Below, one piece after another: positions 48,635 through 59,083 of a stretch of DNA of 64,000 bases; the stretch's first letter is position 1, and each line of letters starts with the position of its first letter. The translations under genes and the position numbers were made by a program. Source of the stretch: an uncultured delta proteobacterium (lineage in GTDB: Bacteria; Bdellovibrionota; FAC87; UBA2466). The notes under the pieces were generated by a model. It saw nothing but the letters and a program-made list of their open reading frames with translations. It made no database searches and was not told the DNA's origin. Where the stretch lies: assembly GCA_963778115.1 (NCBI GenBank), contig CAVZSV010000005.1, positions 192,001-256,000 of the forward strand, read 5' to 3'.

Positions 48635-49502
48635 CACTTTTTGAAGTTTGCTTTCCGGTAAATCGTATCTCCACGATTACGATCCCAAGCCCGATCAAAG
48701 CACAACCACAGAGATCTCGTAGGGAGAGTTTGTCGTTAAGCCACCACCAGCCCATGAGGGCGGCAAAGACTGCTTCTAAAGTGTATATAAGTGCGGCGTG
48801 AGTCGCGGAAGTGAAATGTTGCACTTTCGTCTGAACCACAAAGGCGATGCAGGTCGCAAATAGAACCGTGTAAACAAGTGACAGACTGCTTACCAGCGTA
48901 AAACCCACCAAAGGAGACTCTAGGAAAAGTGCTCCGATGAGTGAGGTCAGTCCCGCGAAAAAGAGCTCCCCGGTCGTAAAGCCCAAAGGAGAAAGGCTCG
49001 CTCCCCAATGGGAGATTCCATAGATTTGAAATCCAAATACCAGAGCGCAGGCTACAATCCAGAGATCTGTGTTTTCCAAGGTTAGCTGTTTGGTAATGCA
49101 AAGAAGGGCTAGGCCGGAAAACGACGTGAGAATGCCAAGCCAGGTCTGCCAAGAGATTCGCTTACGTTCGAATAACGCTTCAATCACCGGAACAAAGACG
49201 ATATAGAGGCCAGTGATAAAACCTGCTTTTGCGGAAGTAGTATATTGAAGTCCTATGGTCTGAAAGACATAGCCGGATCCGAGTAGCAATCCCATCATTA
49301 ACGAAATCGACCATTCCTTGCGTGTCCTGGGAATCGCCTTTCGGCGAAAAAGGAGCAATAGCACAGCCGAAGCGAATAGGAAGCGCCACGCGATGAAAGT
49401 GCATGGTTGCATGGTAAGCAAAGCCCACTTAGTTGCGGGAAATCCAGCTCCCCAAAGGGCTGCCATCAAAACGAGAATCAGATCGGCTTTTGGCGCACTC
49501 AT
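48624..49502 (-). CDS. DMT/EamA-family transporter
   Basis: ~10 TMs; [39 protein letters not shown]. Confidence 0.9.
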   Translation of the reverse strand: MSAPKADLILVLMAALWGAGFPATKWALLTMQPCTFIAWRFLFASAVLLLLFRRKAIPRTRKEWSISLMMGLLLGSGYVFQTIGLQYTTSAKAGFITGLYIVFVPVIEALFERKRISWQTWLGILTSFSGLALLCITKQLTLENTDLWIVACALVFGFQIYGISHWGASLSPLGFTTGELFFAGLTSLIGALFLESPLVGFTLVSSLSLVYTVLFATCIAFVVQTKVQHFTSATHAALIYTLEAVFAALMGWWWLNDKLSLRDLCGCALIGLGIVIVEIRFTGKQTSKSAIA

Positions 49503-49627
49503 CGGTTTCCAGAAATAACCCACGGTCCCTCTTTCCTCCTAGCAAATATTCGAGCAGCAAGGGCAGACGCAAAGGTGGACTGAAATCTTTTGAAGCATAT
49601 AATAGACGCATATCTAAAGGAGAACCC

Positions 49628-50905
49628 TTGAGCGCAAAAAGGCTTGTCTATGCCATCGACTTTGGAACGTCCAATTCCTTACTAGCGGCAGCCGACGGGA
49701 CTAAAATATTTGCGCCAATCCCCTTAGATAGTAAGGCCAAAGATCCCAGTGTGCTAAGAAGCGTTCTGTTTTTTCCGAACCAGAACAAAGTCTTTTATGG
49801 AGCTGAGGCGGTACAGCATTTCTCGGAAAGTCAGGGCGAAGGGCGGCTTATCCGATCCATTAAAAAGCAACTTCCCATCCGAAGTTTCGTAGGAACGTAT
49901 GTGGGCGATAGGCCCCTTAATCTTGAAGATCTGATAGGGCTTTTTCTGGGAGAGCTTAGGAAAAGAGCCAATGCGCACTTCGGCCAGCAGGTGGATGCGG
50001 TGGTTTTGGGTAGGCCCGCCCGTTTTGCCGTTGAGGATGCTGACGATAGATTCGCGCAATTTAGGCTAGAAGATTCCGCAAAGCGCGCTGGCTTTAAAGA
50101 GATACATTTTTGCCCCGAGCCGATTGCCGCGGCCCACGAATTTAGGGAACAACTCAGAGAAGAAAAGATCGTCTGTGTCGCCGACTTCGGAGGTGGCACT
50201 TCCGACTTTACTTTAGTTAGGATTGGTCCGGCCGAGTATCGGCCGTCCGACGTTCTTTCGCTAGGGGGCGTTTCTGTTGCCGGAGATGCTTTGGATGGGG
50301 CCATCATGCGAAATGATCTGTCTCGATTTTTTGGAGCGGACGTGGAGTATCGAATCCCCTTTGGGTCGAATGTATTGCGGATGCCGATACATTTAATGGA
50401 AAGGCTTTGTTCGGCGGCGGACATTAACTATTTGGAGCAGCGAGAAGTCAGAGAGTTTTTAAATAACGTAAAGCAATGGGCAATTAAACCGGAAGACCGG
50501 CTAAAGCTTGAGCGACTTATGAGAATGGTGGAGGAGCAGCTAGGCTTTTACGTTTTCGAAAATATTGAAGGGGCCAAGCGCAGCTTGTCGGAGAACGACA
50601 CGGCGAAGATCAACCTATCGCATCCGGCGATTGAAATAGAGGAAATGATCTCACGAGGTAATTTCGACAAGTTCACGCATGTGCAGGTCGATTCCATTAC
50701 CGGCTGCCTAGATGAGACGTTGAAGAAAGCGGGATTAACGCCGGCACAAGTGGATATTGTTTGTTGCACCGGGGGAACCGCACGGGTGCCCGTGATTCAG
50801 ACTGAGCTAATTTCTAGGTTTGGCGCTTCGAAGGTGATTCAGCATAATTACTTCCATTCGGTGGTGGAGGGGCTTGCCCGTGTCGCACAGAGGGTGGGAA
50901 ATTAA
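49628..50905 (+). CDS. YegD-like atypical Hsp70
   Basis: IDFGTSNS; GRLIRSIK; VLGRPARF; EPIAAA; DFGGGTSDF; TGGTARVP; no substrate-binding domain. Confidence 0.88.
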   Translation: MSAKRLVYAIDFGTSNSLLAAADGTKIFAPIPLDSKAKDPSVLRSVLFFPNQNKVFYGAEAVQHFSESQGEGRLIRSIKKQLPIRSFVGTYVGDRPLNLEDLIGLFLGELRKRANAHFGQQVDAVVLGRPARFAVEDADDRFAQFRLEDSAKRAGFKEIHFCPEPIAAAHEFREQLREEKIVCVADFGGGTSDFTLVRIGPAEYRPSDVLSLGGVSVAGDALDGAIMRNDLSRFFGADVEYRIPFGSNVLRMPIHLMERLCSAADINYLEQREVREFLNNVKQWAIKPEDRLKLERLMRMVEEQLGFYVFENIEGAKRSLSENDTAKINLSHPAIEIEEMISRGNFDKFTHVQVDSITGCLDETLKKAGLTPAQVDIVCCTGGTARVPVIQTELISRFGASKVIQHNYFHSVVEGLARVAQRVGN

Positions 50906-50979
50906 ATCCAGACAAAGAGCTAAAGGCCAAAAGAGAAAAAGCAAAACTTAAAAGTAAGCTAAATCTGAGAGGGCCCAGG

Positions 50980-52623
50980 TCACTTCTTCGCCAGCTCTGA
51001 GGCAATCTCTTTGATCGGATCCGCCCCCGGAGCTCCGTACCCCCGTGAGTACCAATAATAGTTAGCCAAAACTACCGTCACATAGTCTCGGGTTTCGCGG
51101 TAAGGGATGAGATCGATAAACAGAATCAGATCAGTCGTGGGATAGCGCTTACCCCAATTGTGCACGGCGTCTTCGCCGGCATTATAGGCCGCCAGTGCCA
51201 AGAGTAAGTTGCCCTGACGTTGGATAAGTTCGGAAATATATCGAGCTCCCAGCGTAATGTTGGTATCGGGGTTGAGCAGATCCGGGGGGCCGGAAGCCTG
51301 GGCCTCGGTAATTAGCTTCTTGGCGGTCTCGGGCTGAATTTGCAGTAAGCCCTGCGCGTTGGTGGGAGAGATAGCTTTAGGATCAAACAAACTCTCTTTG
51401 CGAGCCAATGCTAGTAATAGCAAGGGATCGGCGGTACTGGCCTGTCTTTCGAAGGAGGAATAGAAGGCTTTGGGATAGGCCAACTCCATCGTTTCGCGTG
51501 TGATAAGCGAAGGCCGTTTTAAGAGAAGGGCTGGAACGGAAATAACTTGGAGGGATGGATCCCCCATCTCTGCCAAGTAAATTCGTACCGAGGGATCGAT
51601 ATGGGTGAACCAATCGTTGGTCCATCCGGCAAGCACCGTTGCACTTTCGTCGAAACGGTATTGGTGTAACGCTTCAATGGCCTGTAGAAACCGATTGAGC
51701 TTTTTATTTCCTTTGGCGCGTTTTACTGCCAGCGATTGAGGGGACTGACTGAAATAATCGGTGGCGGCATCTTTTCCCGCGAGCAATCCCGCTAAAATGG
51801 CATGGAAAGAAAAACGGTGTTGGCTAAGTAACCTCTGCAGAGCTTTTTCTGCTTCGGCTGTCTTTCCGAGTTCACGCCGCGATCGGTATAGCCAGTAAAG
51901 GGTTCTTCCCGAGAAAGCATCGACCGCTGTTGTTTTCGAAAAGAGCCGCTCTGCATTTTTATAATCGTTCTTGTAAACGTAGAGTAAGCCCGCCCGAGTG
52001 AGAAAGTTTTCGCGATCGATAGAATTTTTAGGAAAGCAACGGGCCGATTTCTCATAAAGCGGGGCTATCTCATCGGAAGTGATATCGGTGGGAAGGTAAT
52101 CCTCCATCGTGGCCGCGACGGCTACCAGAACATTATTCGGGCAACGCAGCTTAAAGGACGCTTTGGCCATTTTTCGTAAATCGGCAACACTTGCGCCGTT
52201 TAATCCTTTGAGCAGGGAAGGGACCTTCTCTTTGCGGGTCTTGGTCACATTCTTAATTTTGCCGCCCGACATCTCTACGGGGGCCGTGCTCACCACTTTA
52301 GCTTCCGGTGTTTTGGGAGTTCGCAGGTTAACTCGGATTCGGATGGCGAGCGAGCGACTCAAGAAAGCGGGACAGAAAAGATTGGCATTGGTTTTGGATT
52401 TACAACTCTTCTTGATGCTAGCCAGTTCATCAGGGGGGAGTGCCCCGTGGATCCAGCGATCAAAAGCTTCGGCATTCCTAAATTCCGGCGTATCTTTCAC
52501 GGCCGAAGAGATTTCGATCTGTTTTTGTTCCGGAGTTGAATTCGATGCAGAATTGTTTTGCGGGAGGCTGGCGCAACCGAGCACCATCAGTGCGGCACTT
52601 AAGTGATTGAGAAATAATTTCAT
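50980..52623 (-). CDS. Lipoprotein lytic transglycosylase (Slt-like, TPR-like N-terminus)
   Basis: LGC lipobox; RKESLFDP; AQGLLQI; AAYNAG; IPYRETRDYV. Confidence 0.9.
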   Translation of the reverse strand: MKLFLNHLSAALMVLGCASLPQNNSASNSTPEQKQIEISSAVKDTPEFRNAEAFDRWIHGALPPDELASIKKSCKSKTNANLFCPAFLSRSLAIRIRVNLRTPKTPEAKVVSTAPVEMSGGKIKNVTKTRKEKVPSLLKGLNGASVADLRKMAKASFKLRCPNNVLVAVAATMEDYLPTDITSDEIAPLYEKSARCFPKNSIDRENFLTRAGLLYVYKNDYKNAERLFSKTTAVDAFSGRTLYWLYRSRRELGKTAEAEKALQRLLSQHRFSFHAILAGLLAGKDAATDYFSQSPQSLAVKRAKGNKKLNRFLQAIEALHQYRFDESATVLAGWTNDWFTHIDPSVRIYLAEMGDPSLQVISVPALLLKRPSLITRETMELAYPKAFYSSFERQASTADPLLLLALARKESLFDPKAISPTNAQGLLQIQPETAKKLITEAQASGPPDLLNPDTNITLGARYISELIQRQGNLLLALAAYNAGEDAVHNWGKRYPTTDLILFIDLIPYRETRDYVTVVLANYYWYSRGYGAPGADPIKEIASELAKK

Positions 52624-52646
52624 GGAGCTAAATTATATCTCTTCTT

Positions 52647-54029
52647 TCACGGCGGGGCCATGTCCACGATGACTTCGGTTCCCAACGGATAGAGGGGGGC
52701 CGTGCGAACGGCAAATCGCCAGCCATATTTTCGGCAAATGGCGTGAACCCACGCCAATCCCAGTCCGGTTCCCGAGCCTCGTTGTCCGGGCGGCGTATTA
52801 AAGGGGGTACCTAGTTGTTGCAGCACCGTGGCCGGGATGCCGGGTCCCTTATCGCGAACGATGAGTCGCGACTCTTCGACAATGAGCTCGACGGCAGTAG
52901 CGCTTTCGCTGTATTGCAATGCGTTGGAAAGTAGATTCGTAATAACCTGTTCAAAATGTTCGCTCATCGAAAAGACGGTACCGGGGGAGTGGCTTTCAAA
53001 ATGAATTCTGCCCGGGTGCACCTTTTCCATGCGATGCGCTATTTGGCTGGCGGTCTCCCCTAGAGAATTAGCATGGATGATCTGAGGAACCCCGGGAACA
53101 CTTTCGAAACGACTCCACTCCATGAAATGGTTTATGGTTTGGCTAAGCTTATCTATCTCATGCAGACAGTCCGCTAAATCATGACCATAGCAAGGGGCTA
53201 CTTTGTCTTTTACGGTTTCAACGGTGTTTCGGATGATGGTCAGCGGGGTTTTTAGTTCGTGGGTCATTTGGGTGATACGTTGATTGGTCCTCTTTAAACC
53301 TAATTTTGCACTTTCGCCCAATCGATTTAGCGCAATGGCAAGACGGGAGATTTCGTCAGCCCCTTTGGTCTTACCCGACCAGCGAAATTGTAGCCGTTCT
53401 CCTGGATCGGACATTCCCATGGGAAACGAAAAGCCATCGGCAGTTCCCGCCGCAATTAAAGTAGTCTCATGTTCTAAGTACTGAGCTAGTTTTGTTAGAG
53501 GGCGCAAAAGAATACTCATCAAGGCGTAAGAGACGCCGCTAATGACGATAAGTACGCTAGCTAAGTAAAAAAAGATGCGGTACTTGAGGTTACGCCAATG
53601 CAATAGATAGCCGTCTAAGAAAAGTCCCACTTGAAGCGTCTCTTTGCTGTCGGGTAGCGGCAACGTAAGTACCCTGATGGTATGACCATCTCGCTCTAAC
53701 CGTTGCCAGCGCTCTTTGGTATCTAGGTTTCCTATCTGGGTCGCGGCTTCACTTTGGTAAATCAGCGATCCGTCGCGGGAGTACAGCCTGATGATGCTAT
53801 CAGGCTGAGGTTCTCCTAATACTTCGGAAACAATATCGGCAGCCTCCTCGACATCGTCGATCTTGGAGGTCGACAGATCAGAGGAATACAGCGATGACGC
53901 CATTCGTTCGATCTGCTGATCGATCAAACGGCGCCGTTCGCGGACTAATACGGAATCCTGAATGAAAGATAGCGCGATGAGAGTGGTAAGCAGAACCGAA
54001 AGGATAATAAGAAAGAAGCGTAATCGCAT
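52647..54029 (-). CDS. Sensor histidine kinase (HAMP-like)
   Basis: 2 TMs; THELKTPLT; NLLSNALQY; DKGPGI; GTGLGL. Confidence 0.9.
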   Translation of the reverse strand: MRLRFFLIILSVLLTTLIALSFIQDSVLVRERRRLIDQQIERMASSLYSSDLSTSKIDDVEEAADIVSEVLGEPQPDSIIRLYSRDGSLIYQSEAATQIGNLDTKERWQRLERDGHTIRVLTLPLPDSKETLQVGLFLDGYLLHWRNLKYRIFFYLASVLIVISGVSYALMSILLRPLTKLAQYLEHETTLIAAGTADGFSFPMGMSDPGERLQFRWSGKTKGADEISRLAIALNRLGESAKLGLKRTNQRITQMTHELKTPLTIIRNTVETVKDKVAPCYGHDLADCLHEIDKLSQTINHFMEWSRFESVPGVPQIIHANSLGETASQIAHRMEKVHPGRIHFESHSPGTVFSMSEHFEQVITNLLSNALQYSESATAVELIVEESRLIVRDKGPGIPATVLQQLGTPFNTPPGQRGSGTGLGLAWVHAICRKYGWRFAVRTAPLYPLGTEVIVDMAPP

Positions 54030-54035
54030 GCCCCG

Positions 54036-54713
54036 TTAGGTTTCCAGCCAATAGCCCACATGGCGGCGGTTGCAGATCTCAATACCTGATTCAAAGGCTT
54101 CCAGCTTGCGACGTAAGTTTTTGATCGTCACTTCGACGGTATTGGATTCCACGTCACAACTGAGGTCCCATACCGAATCGAGCAGTTGATATTTGGTATA
54201 GACTCGCCCCGGGCTTTGCATAAAAAGTACAAGGATTTGAAATTCCTTTCGCGAAAGATCAAGTCGACGATTCTGTGAGGCTACCGTTTGGGATTTTAGA
54301 TCCACGGTAAGATTTCCCGATTGGAGAATGGAAGAGGCAGCCCCGGGTCCATTTCGGCGCGAGACGGCCCGCAGACGGGCAGAGAGTTCCGCCAAAGAGA
54401 ATGGTTTGGTTAGGTAATCATCGGCTCCCATGTCGAGGACGGCTGCTTTTTCTTCAGCAAGTCCAATCGCCGAAAGAACCACTATTTTTCCCTTCGGATA
54501 GCGGTGACGGAGTCTCGAAATTAGAGTTGCGCCGTCTTTACCTTGGAGCATGCGGTCAAGAATAACGGCTTCGGGCTGAAAGTCGTGGGCTGCCATCTGG
54601 CTTTCGGCCTCATCGACAGTAGTACACAAGCGAGTGTGATGACCTTCCGCGTTAAGCGATGACGTCAAGTAGCGGGCTACCCGCAGTTCATCCTCGACAA
54701 TAAGAACGTCCAT
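54036..54713 (-). CDS. OmpR-family response regulator
   Basis: VLIVEDE; ILDRML; GADDYLTKPF; winged helix SNTVEVTIKNLRRKL...GY. Confidence 0.93.
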   Translation of the reverse strand: MDVLIVEDELRVARYLTSSLNAEGHHTRLCTTVDEAESQMAAHDFQPEAVILDRMLQGKDGATLISRLRHRYPKGKIVVLSAIGLAEEKAAVLDMGADDYLTKPFSLAELSARLRAVSRRNGPGAASSILQSGNLTVDLKSQTVASQNRRLDLSRKEFQILVLFMQSPGRVYTKYQLLDSVWDLSCDVESNTVEVTIKNLRRKLEAFESGIEICNRRHVGYWLET

Positions 54714-54815
54714 AATGAGAGAGAACCAGAGAGAAGGGAAAATGTCCAGGCGTGCGACCCGCTGAACGCCCCCAAGGGGAAGCACGCCTGGACCTCGTAC
54801 AACACCAGGGTTAAA

Positions 54816-55007
54816 TTATTGGCTAGCGACCTTTCGTTTTTCGTGAACGCAATTGCGAAGCGCTTTTCCTTTGAGACTAGCGTCCTGCTTAAGGCATTGC
54901 GCTTTAGCGACTTTGTATGAAGGCAAAGCAGCTGATTTAGTATCAGATTGCCCCGCCCATGCCGCGAGGCAACCCGATACTATGACTATGGCAAAAAGTT
55001 TCTTCAT
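54816..55007 (-). CDS. Small secreted protein, PsiF-repeat-like
   Basis: Signal peptide; AKAQCLKQDASLKGKALRNCV two-Cys motif; GGAGG RBS. Confidence 0.6.
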   Translation of the reverse strand: MKKLFAIVIVSGCLAAWAGQSDTKSAALPSYKVAKAQCLKQDASLKGKALRNCVHEKRKVASQ

Positions 55008-55179
55008 CGGACCTCCCAGAGTGGCTGAAAACAGGTTGATATTACCGCAGCGGTTTGTCGTGGGGATGAACGGAAGATAAAAATAAATTCATTTTGAAAG
55101 CGGAAATGGCGTCCACAAAATCTAGGCTAAGGAGTTAGTCTAAGCAATGCCCCTCTGCCGCCATTTGCGAGGACGATCG

Positions 55180-55851
55180 TTACGCGGCACTTGCAATAGT
55201 CTGCGAGCTTTCTATGTAGCGCTGGGCCACCTCTTCCCAATCGATGATATTCCACATGGCATCCACAAAGTCAGCACGGCGGTGCTGATATCTCAAATAA
55301 AAAGCATGCTCCCACAAATCCACGACAAAAAGCGGCACTAGCCCCTGATCGAGTGGAGTTTCGTGATCTTGAGTAGTATGGACCAGTAGCTTTCGCACGA
55401 GCTGCCCTGCTTCGTCGTAATGGTCGTCCGCCGAGAGCCAGACCCACCCGCTTGCAAAGTGGTGATTGGCAAGTTTCGAAAAGCGTCTTCGAAAATCGTC
55501 GACAGATCCAAAGTCGTCGTCGATGGCCTGTTTAAGTTTTCCTGATGGGGAGCAGAGCAAAGGGGAGTCCTCGGGAGCACTGAGTCCTGTCCAAAAGAGG
55601 CTATGGTTGTAGTGGCCGCCCCCATTATGGATGACGGAAAGCCGGAGTTTTGACGGTAAAGAATCCGCTTCACGCAATAACGCTTCCAGCGAATGGTTCT
55701 GGTATTCGGGAAAGTCTTCTAGCGAGCGATTTAGCTCGTCGACATAAGCCCTGTGATGGCGATCGTGATGGTAAAACATGGTAGTGGCATCGATAAAAGG
55801 TTCTAAGGCATCGTAGGAATATCTAAGAAGGGGAAGATGAAACATGGCCAC
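55180..55851 (-). CDS. sod: Fe/Mn superoxide dismutase
   Basis: LPLLRYSYDALEPFID; HHDRHH; NGGGHYNHSLFW; DLWEHAFY. Confidence 0.93.
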   Translation of the reverse strand: MAMFHLPLLRYSYDALEPFIDATTMFYHHDRHHRAYVDELNRSLEDFPEYQNHSLEALLREADSLPSKLRLSVIHNGGGHYNHSLFWTGLSAPEDSPLLCSPSGKLKQAIDDDFGSVDDFRRRFSKLANHHFASGWVWLSADDHYDEAGQLVRKLLVHTTQDHETPLDQGLVPLFVVDLWEHAFYLRYQHRRADFVDAMWNIIDWEEVAQRYIESSQTIASAA

Positions 55852-55885
55852 CTCTGTCGTTAACGATTCACTTTAGATTTAAGTT

Positions 55886-55901
55886 TGCAATCAATATGCC
55901 A
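55886..55901 (-). promoter_or_regulatory. Putative sigma-54 promoter of the SOD gene
   Basis: Minus strand TGGCATATTGATTGCA, GG-N10-GC, ~35 bp upstream of the start. Confidence 0.65.
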
Positions 55902-55961
55902 GGTAGGCGCGGCTTAGTCGGGGCGGAAACAATACCAAGATCTGTGGAAGTCTGCGACAGC

Positions 55962-56426
55962 TCAACGGTGAAAACGAAGACAATTAATAAGAAGCAAAGA
56001 CATCTCATGGGCCTGAAGGTCGACAAGGACCGTATCGCCCGGATGTTTTTCACAGTGATCAATAAAGGTATAGGCGTCCCACTTGACGTGACGCTCTTTC
56101 ATCTGCCGTATGACAGGATGGGAGTCCCCGACAGCTCGATACCAGTACTTGGCATTCTCAAAATCTCCTTCTCGTCGGTGCAAGATAGCATGCCAGTAGG
56201 CCAGATCTCCCATCTGCTCTTTTTGGGCGATCTCATGACAGCGATCTTTGTCGTCATTCCAAAGATGAAATCCGGCTATGACGCCTGGGCTACTTTTCAC
56301 GGATTCGATCGTTTTTACGAGATCGGCCTTCCAGAGATGAGCCATGCGCAATGGAGGTTTCGGATCGCGCATCGTTAAGGTCTGGATGAGGAAATCGAGA
56401 CTATTTTGCTTTGGGGTAAATGGCAT
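55962..56426 (-). CDS. Conserved hypothetical protein
   Basis: AGFHLWNDDKDRCHEIAQ...YWHAILHRREGDFENAKYWY is a recognisable widespread uncharacterised motif. Confidence 0.75.
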   Translation of the reverse strand: MPFTPKQNSLDFLIQTLTMRDPKPPLRMAHLWKADLVKTIESVKSSPGVIAGFHLWNDDKDRCHEIAQKEQMGDLAYWHAILHRREGDFENAKYWYRAVGDSHPVIRQMKERHVKWDAYTFIDHCEKHPGDTVLVDLQAHEMSLLLINCLRFHR

Positions 56427-57027
56427 AGGTTCCCGTCCACTGAGCGGATTGGAGTATGTGCCCTTCGATGGCTTTGCGCACTTGAGGCCCGGTAAAAGTT
56501 CCCTCAAGAGGAAGCCTTACCCAGTCGGTGGCGTATAGCGTAAAGTGGTAATGGTGTATCTTTTCGTCGTTCCATGGGGGACACGGGCCGTCGTAGCCAA
56601 AATAACTTCCCCTCATGATGGGATCTTTTTGAAACCAGCTTGTGTAATCGTTAATTCCCTGTCTTGAACCTTTGGGGGCAATAGGCCCTGCCTTTCCGTG
56701 GGGAGTGATCGAATGACTAAACTCGCCGCGGCGTATTTCGTTCCATTTGGGATCGATGTCTACGAGAACCCAGTGAAAAAAGTCCACCCGGGGAAGATCG
56801 TAGGGAACCGTTCTGCCCTCCTGATTGACATCGCCTGGCCGGCTTGGGACTTCCGAATCGTGGCACAGAAGTACCAACGACTGAGTCTGTGGGGGAAAAT
56901 CTTCCCATTGGAACCCGGGATTAATGTTCGTGGAAAGTTCGATATGCGATGCGGGGTGGTATTTTCCGAACGCAAAAGTGGTCGGAATGGCGCCACCCGA
57001 GGAAAAGTCAGTGCTGGTTACTTTCAT
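56401..57027 (-). CDS. YbhB/YbcL (PEBP, Raf kinase inhibitor-like) protein
   Basis: FFHWVLVD; GINDY; GYDGPCPPWND; HHYHFTLYA. Confidence 0.92.
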   Translation of the reverse strand: MKVTSTDFSSGGAIPTTFAFGKYHPASHIELSTNINPGFQWEDFPPQTQSLVLLCHDSEVPSRPGDVNQEGRTVPYDLPRVDFFHWVLVDIDPKWNEIRRGEFSHSITPHGKAGPIAPKGSRQGINDYTSWFQKDPIMRGSYFGYDGPCPPWNDEKIHHYHFTLYATDWVRLPLEGTFTGPQVRKAIEGHILQSAQWTGTYAIYPKAK

Positions 57028-57133
57028 GCACGGAGGCTAGCGAAATTCTAGCTAATTGTCACCAGGTTGCCGCTCACGGTAGTAGCTCCGTTGAAGAAAA
57101 AATGGTTAAATACATAGGAATTTTGGAGGGGGA

Positions 57134-57826
57134 ATGATTCTATTCCGACAGCTCTTTGATCGAGAGAGCGCGACTTATACCTACTTGCTTTCCGATGGAA
57201 TTTCCGGCCAGGCGATTCTTATCGATCCGGTTCTGGAATGTCTCGACAGAGATTTGAATTTGGTCGGGGAGCTTGGGCTGACCCTTTCTCATAGTTTAGA
57301 GACTCACGCGCATGCGGATCACATTACTAGCAGTGGCGAACTCAGGGAACGGACCCATTGTGTCACGGTTGTCTCAGCCGCAAGCGGAGTGAAATGTGCC
57401 GATAGGTTAGTCAAAGAAGGGGACGAGATTCTCTCGGGCTCGCTTCGTGTCACCGTCTTGTCCACTCCAGGCCACACGAACGGATGTGTGAGTTACTTGT
57501 GCCAGGGCCGGATCTTTACCGGAGATGCTTTATGCATTCGTTCCGCGGGCCGCACCGATTTTCAAGCGGGATCCGCCGAGACTCTCTTTAGAAGTATTCA
57601 CGACAAACTTTATACTTTGCCGGATTCGACGCTTGTGTTTCCCGGCCACGATTATCAGGGGATGACCGTCAGTACGATTGGGGAAGAGAAGCAATTTAAT
57701 CGCCGTATCTCGCTTTCGATCACCCGAGAACAATTTGTAGATAAGATGAATTCCCTAAAACTTCCCGAACCTAAGAAGATAGCAATAGCAGTTCCTGCGA
57801 ACCTTAATTGCGGTAAAGCGATCTAA
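57134..57826 (+). CDS. Persulfide dioxygenase (ETHE1-like MBL fold)
   Basis: FRQLFD..S.TYTYLL; ETHAHADHIT; TPGHTNG; GRTDFQAG; PGHDY; AVPANLNCG. Confidence 0.9.
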   Translation: MILFRQLFDRESATYTYLLSDGISGQAILIDPVLECLDRDLNLVGELGLTLSHSLETHAHADHITSSGELRERTHCVTVVSAASGVKCADRLVKEGDEILSGSLRVTVLSTPGHTNGCVSYLCQGRIFTGDALCIRSAGRTDFQAGSAETLFRSIHDKLYTLPDSTLVFPGHDYQGMTVSTIGEEKQFNRRISLSITREQFVDKMNSLKLPEPKKIAIAVPANLNCGKAI

Positions 57827-57841
57827 GGAGGAGTAAATTTC

Positions 57842-59032
57842 ATGGGCGTGACTTCTCACGATGTCATTATCATAGGGGGCGGTGCAGCGGGTATCACCGT
57901 CGCTTCCAGACTTCGCAAAAAGCAACCGAAACTAGATATCGCCATTATCGAGCCCTCGCAAAAACACTATTATCAGCCGTTATGGACGCTAGTGGGGGCC
58001 GGGGTTTTTCGCAAAGAGGTCACCGAACGCAGCGAAGCTTCCCTAATTCCCCGAGGGGTAAAGTGGATAGTGGAAAGTGCGGACTCCATCGATCCTGAAA
58101 ACCGGACGGTTACGACCCTGGGCCGAAATACCTATCGCTACGAAAATTTAGTCGTTGCGGCGGGGCTGCAGGTCGATTGGGATCGGGTGAAGGGGCTTCC
58201 CGAGACGGTTGGCAAGAACGGGGTATGTAGTATTTACGATTATCGCTACGTCGCTTCGACGTGGGAAATGATTTCTGGTTTTAAAGGGGGGAATGCACTG
58301 TTCACGTTTCCGAACACTCCCGTCAAGTGCGGAGGAGCGCCCCAGAAGATCATGTATTTAGCGGATCACCATTTCAGACGATCAGGGGTACGCGATAGGA
58401 CTCACGTCATGTTTGTGTCAGCCGGAGGTAGTATTTTCGGCGTTAAGAAATACGCCGAAGCGCTCTCCAAGGTCATCCTCCGACGGCACATTCAGACCGA
58501 TTATAAATTGAACCTGGTCGAGGTCCGGCCCAGAAAACGAGAGGCTATCTTTGAAAACGTGGAGACGAAATCTCGACGGGCGATTAGCTATGATCTGCTG
58601 CACGTAACCCCTCCGATGAGCGGTCCTGACTTTTTGAAAAGAGGCCCTTTAACCAACGCCTCCGGCTGGGTCGAAGTAAATAAGAATACCCTTCAACACG
58701 TAAAGTATCCCGATGTGTTTGCGTTAGGAGATGCGAGCAGTCTTCCCACCTCCAAGACAGGCGCTGCCATCCGGCATCAGGCGCCGGTTCTTATCGAAAA
58801 TCTAATGTGCCATCGGGGAAGCAGAAAACTCAGTGCTTCTTACGACGGCTACACCTCCTGTCCCTTGGTGACGGGTTACGGAAGTTTGATCTTGGCCGAA
58901 TTTGACTATGACGGAAACCCCAAAGAGACCTTTCCCTGGGATCAGTCCAAAGAGCGACTGAGCATGTACCTGCTGAAAAAGCATTTGTTGCCTCGGTTGT
59001 ACTGGCATGGAATGCTCAGGGGCCGTGCGTAG
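57842..59032 (+). CDS. sqr: Sulfide:quinone oxidoreductase (type II-like)
   Basis: GGGAAG; YYQPLWTLVG; VKCGGAPQKIMYL; LLHVTPP; SKTGAA; YDGYTSCPL; AEFDY. Confidence 0.9.
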   Translation: MGVTSHDVIIIGGGAAGITVASRLRKKQPKLDIAIIEPSQKHYYQPLWTLVGAGVFRKEVTERSEASLIPRGVKWIVESADSIDPENRTVTTLGRNTYRYENLVVAAGLQVDWDRVKGLPETVGKNGVCSIYDYRYVASTWEMISGFKGGNALFTFPNTPVKCGGAPQKIMYLADHHFRRSGVRDRTHVMFVSAGGSIFGVKKYAEALSKVILRRHIQTDYKLNLVEVRPRKREAIFENVETKSRRAISYDLLHVTPPMSGPDFLKRGPLTNASGWVEVNKNTLQHVKYPDVFALGDASSLPTSKTGAAIRHQAPVLIENLMCHRGSRKLSASYDGYTSCPLVTGYGSLILAEFDYDGNPKETFPWDQSKERLSMYLLKKHLLPRLYWHGMLRGRA

Positions 59033-59083
59033 GACGGACCGAATAGGTCTGGGGCGCCCGAGAAAGGACCCAAGGATAGTTTC

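Noticed and set aside
50980..52623. Lytic transglycosylase as the CIS endolysin
   Set aside because: About 11 kb away, separated by housekeeping genes; a lipoprotein Slt-type architecture
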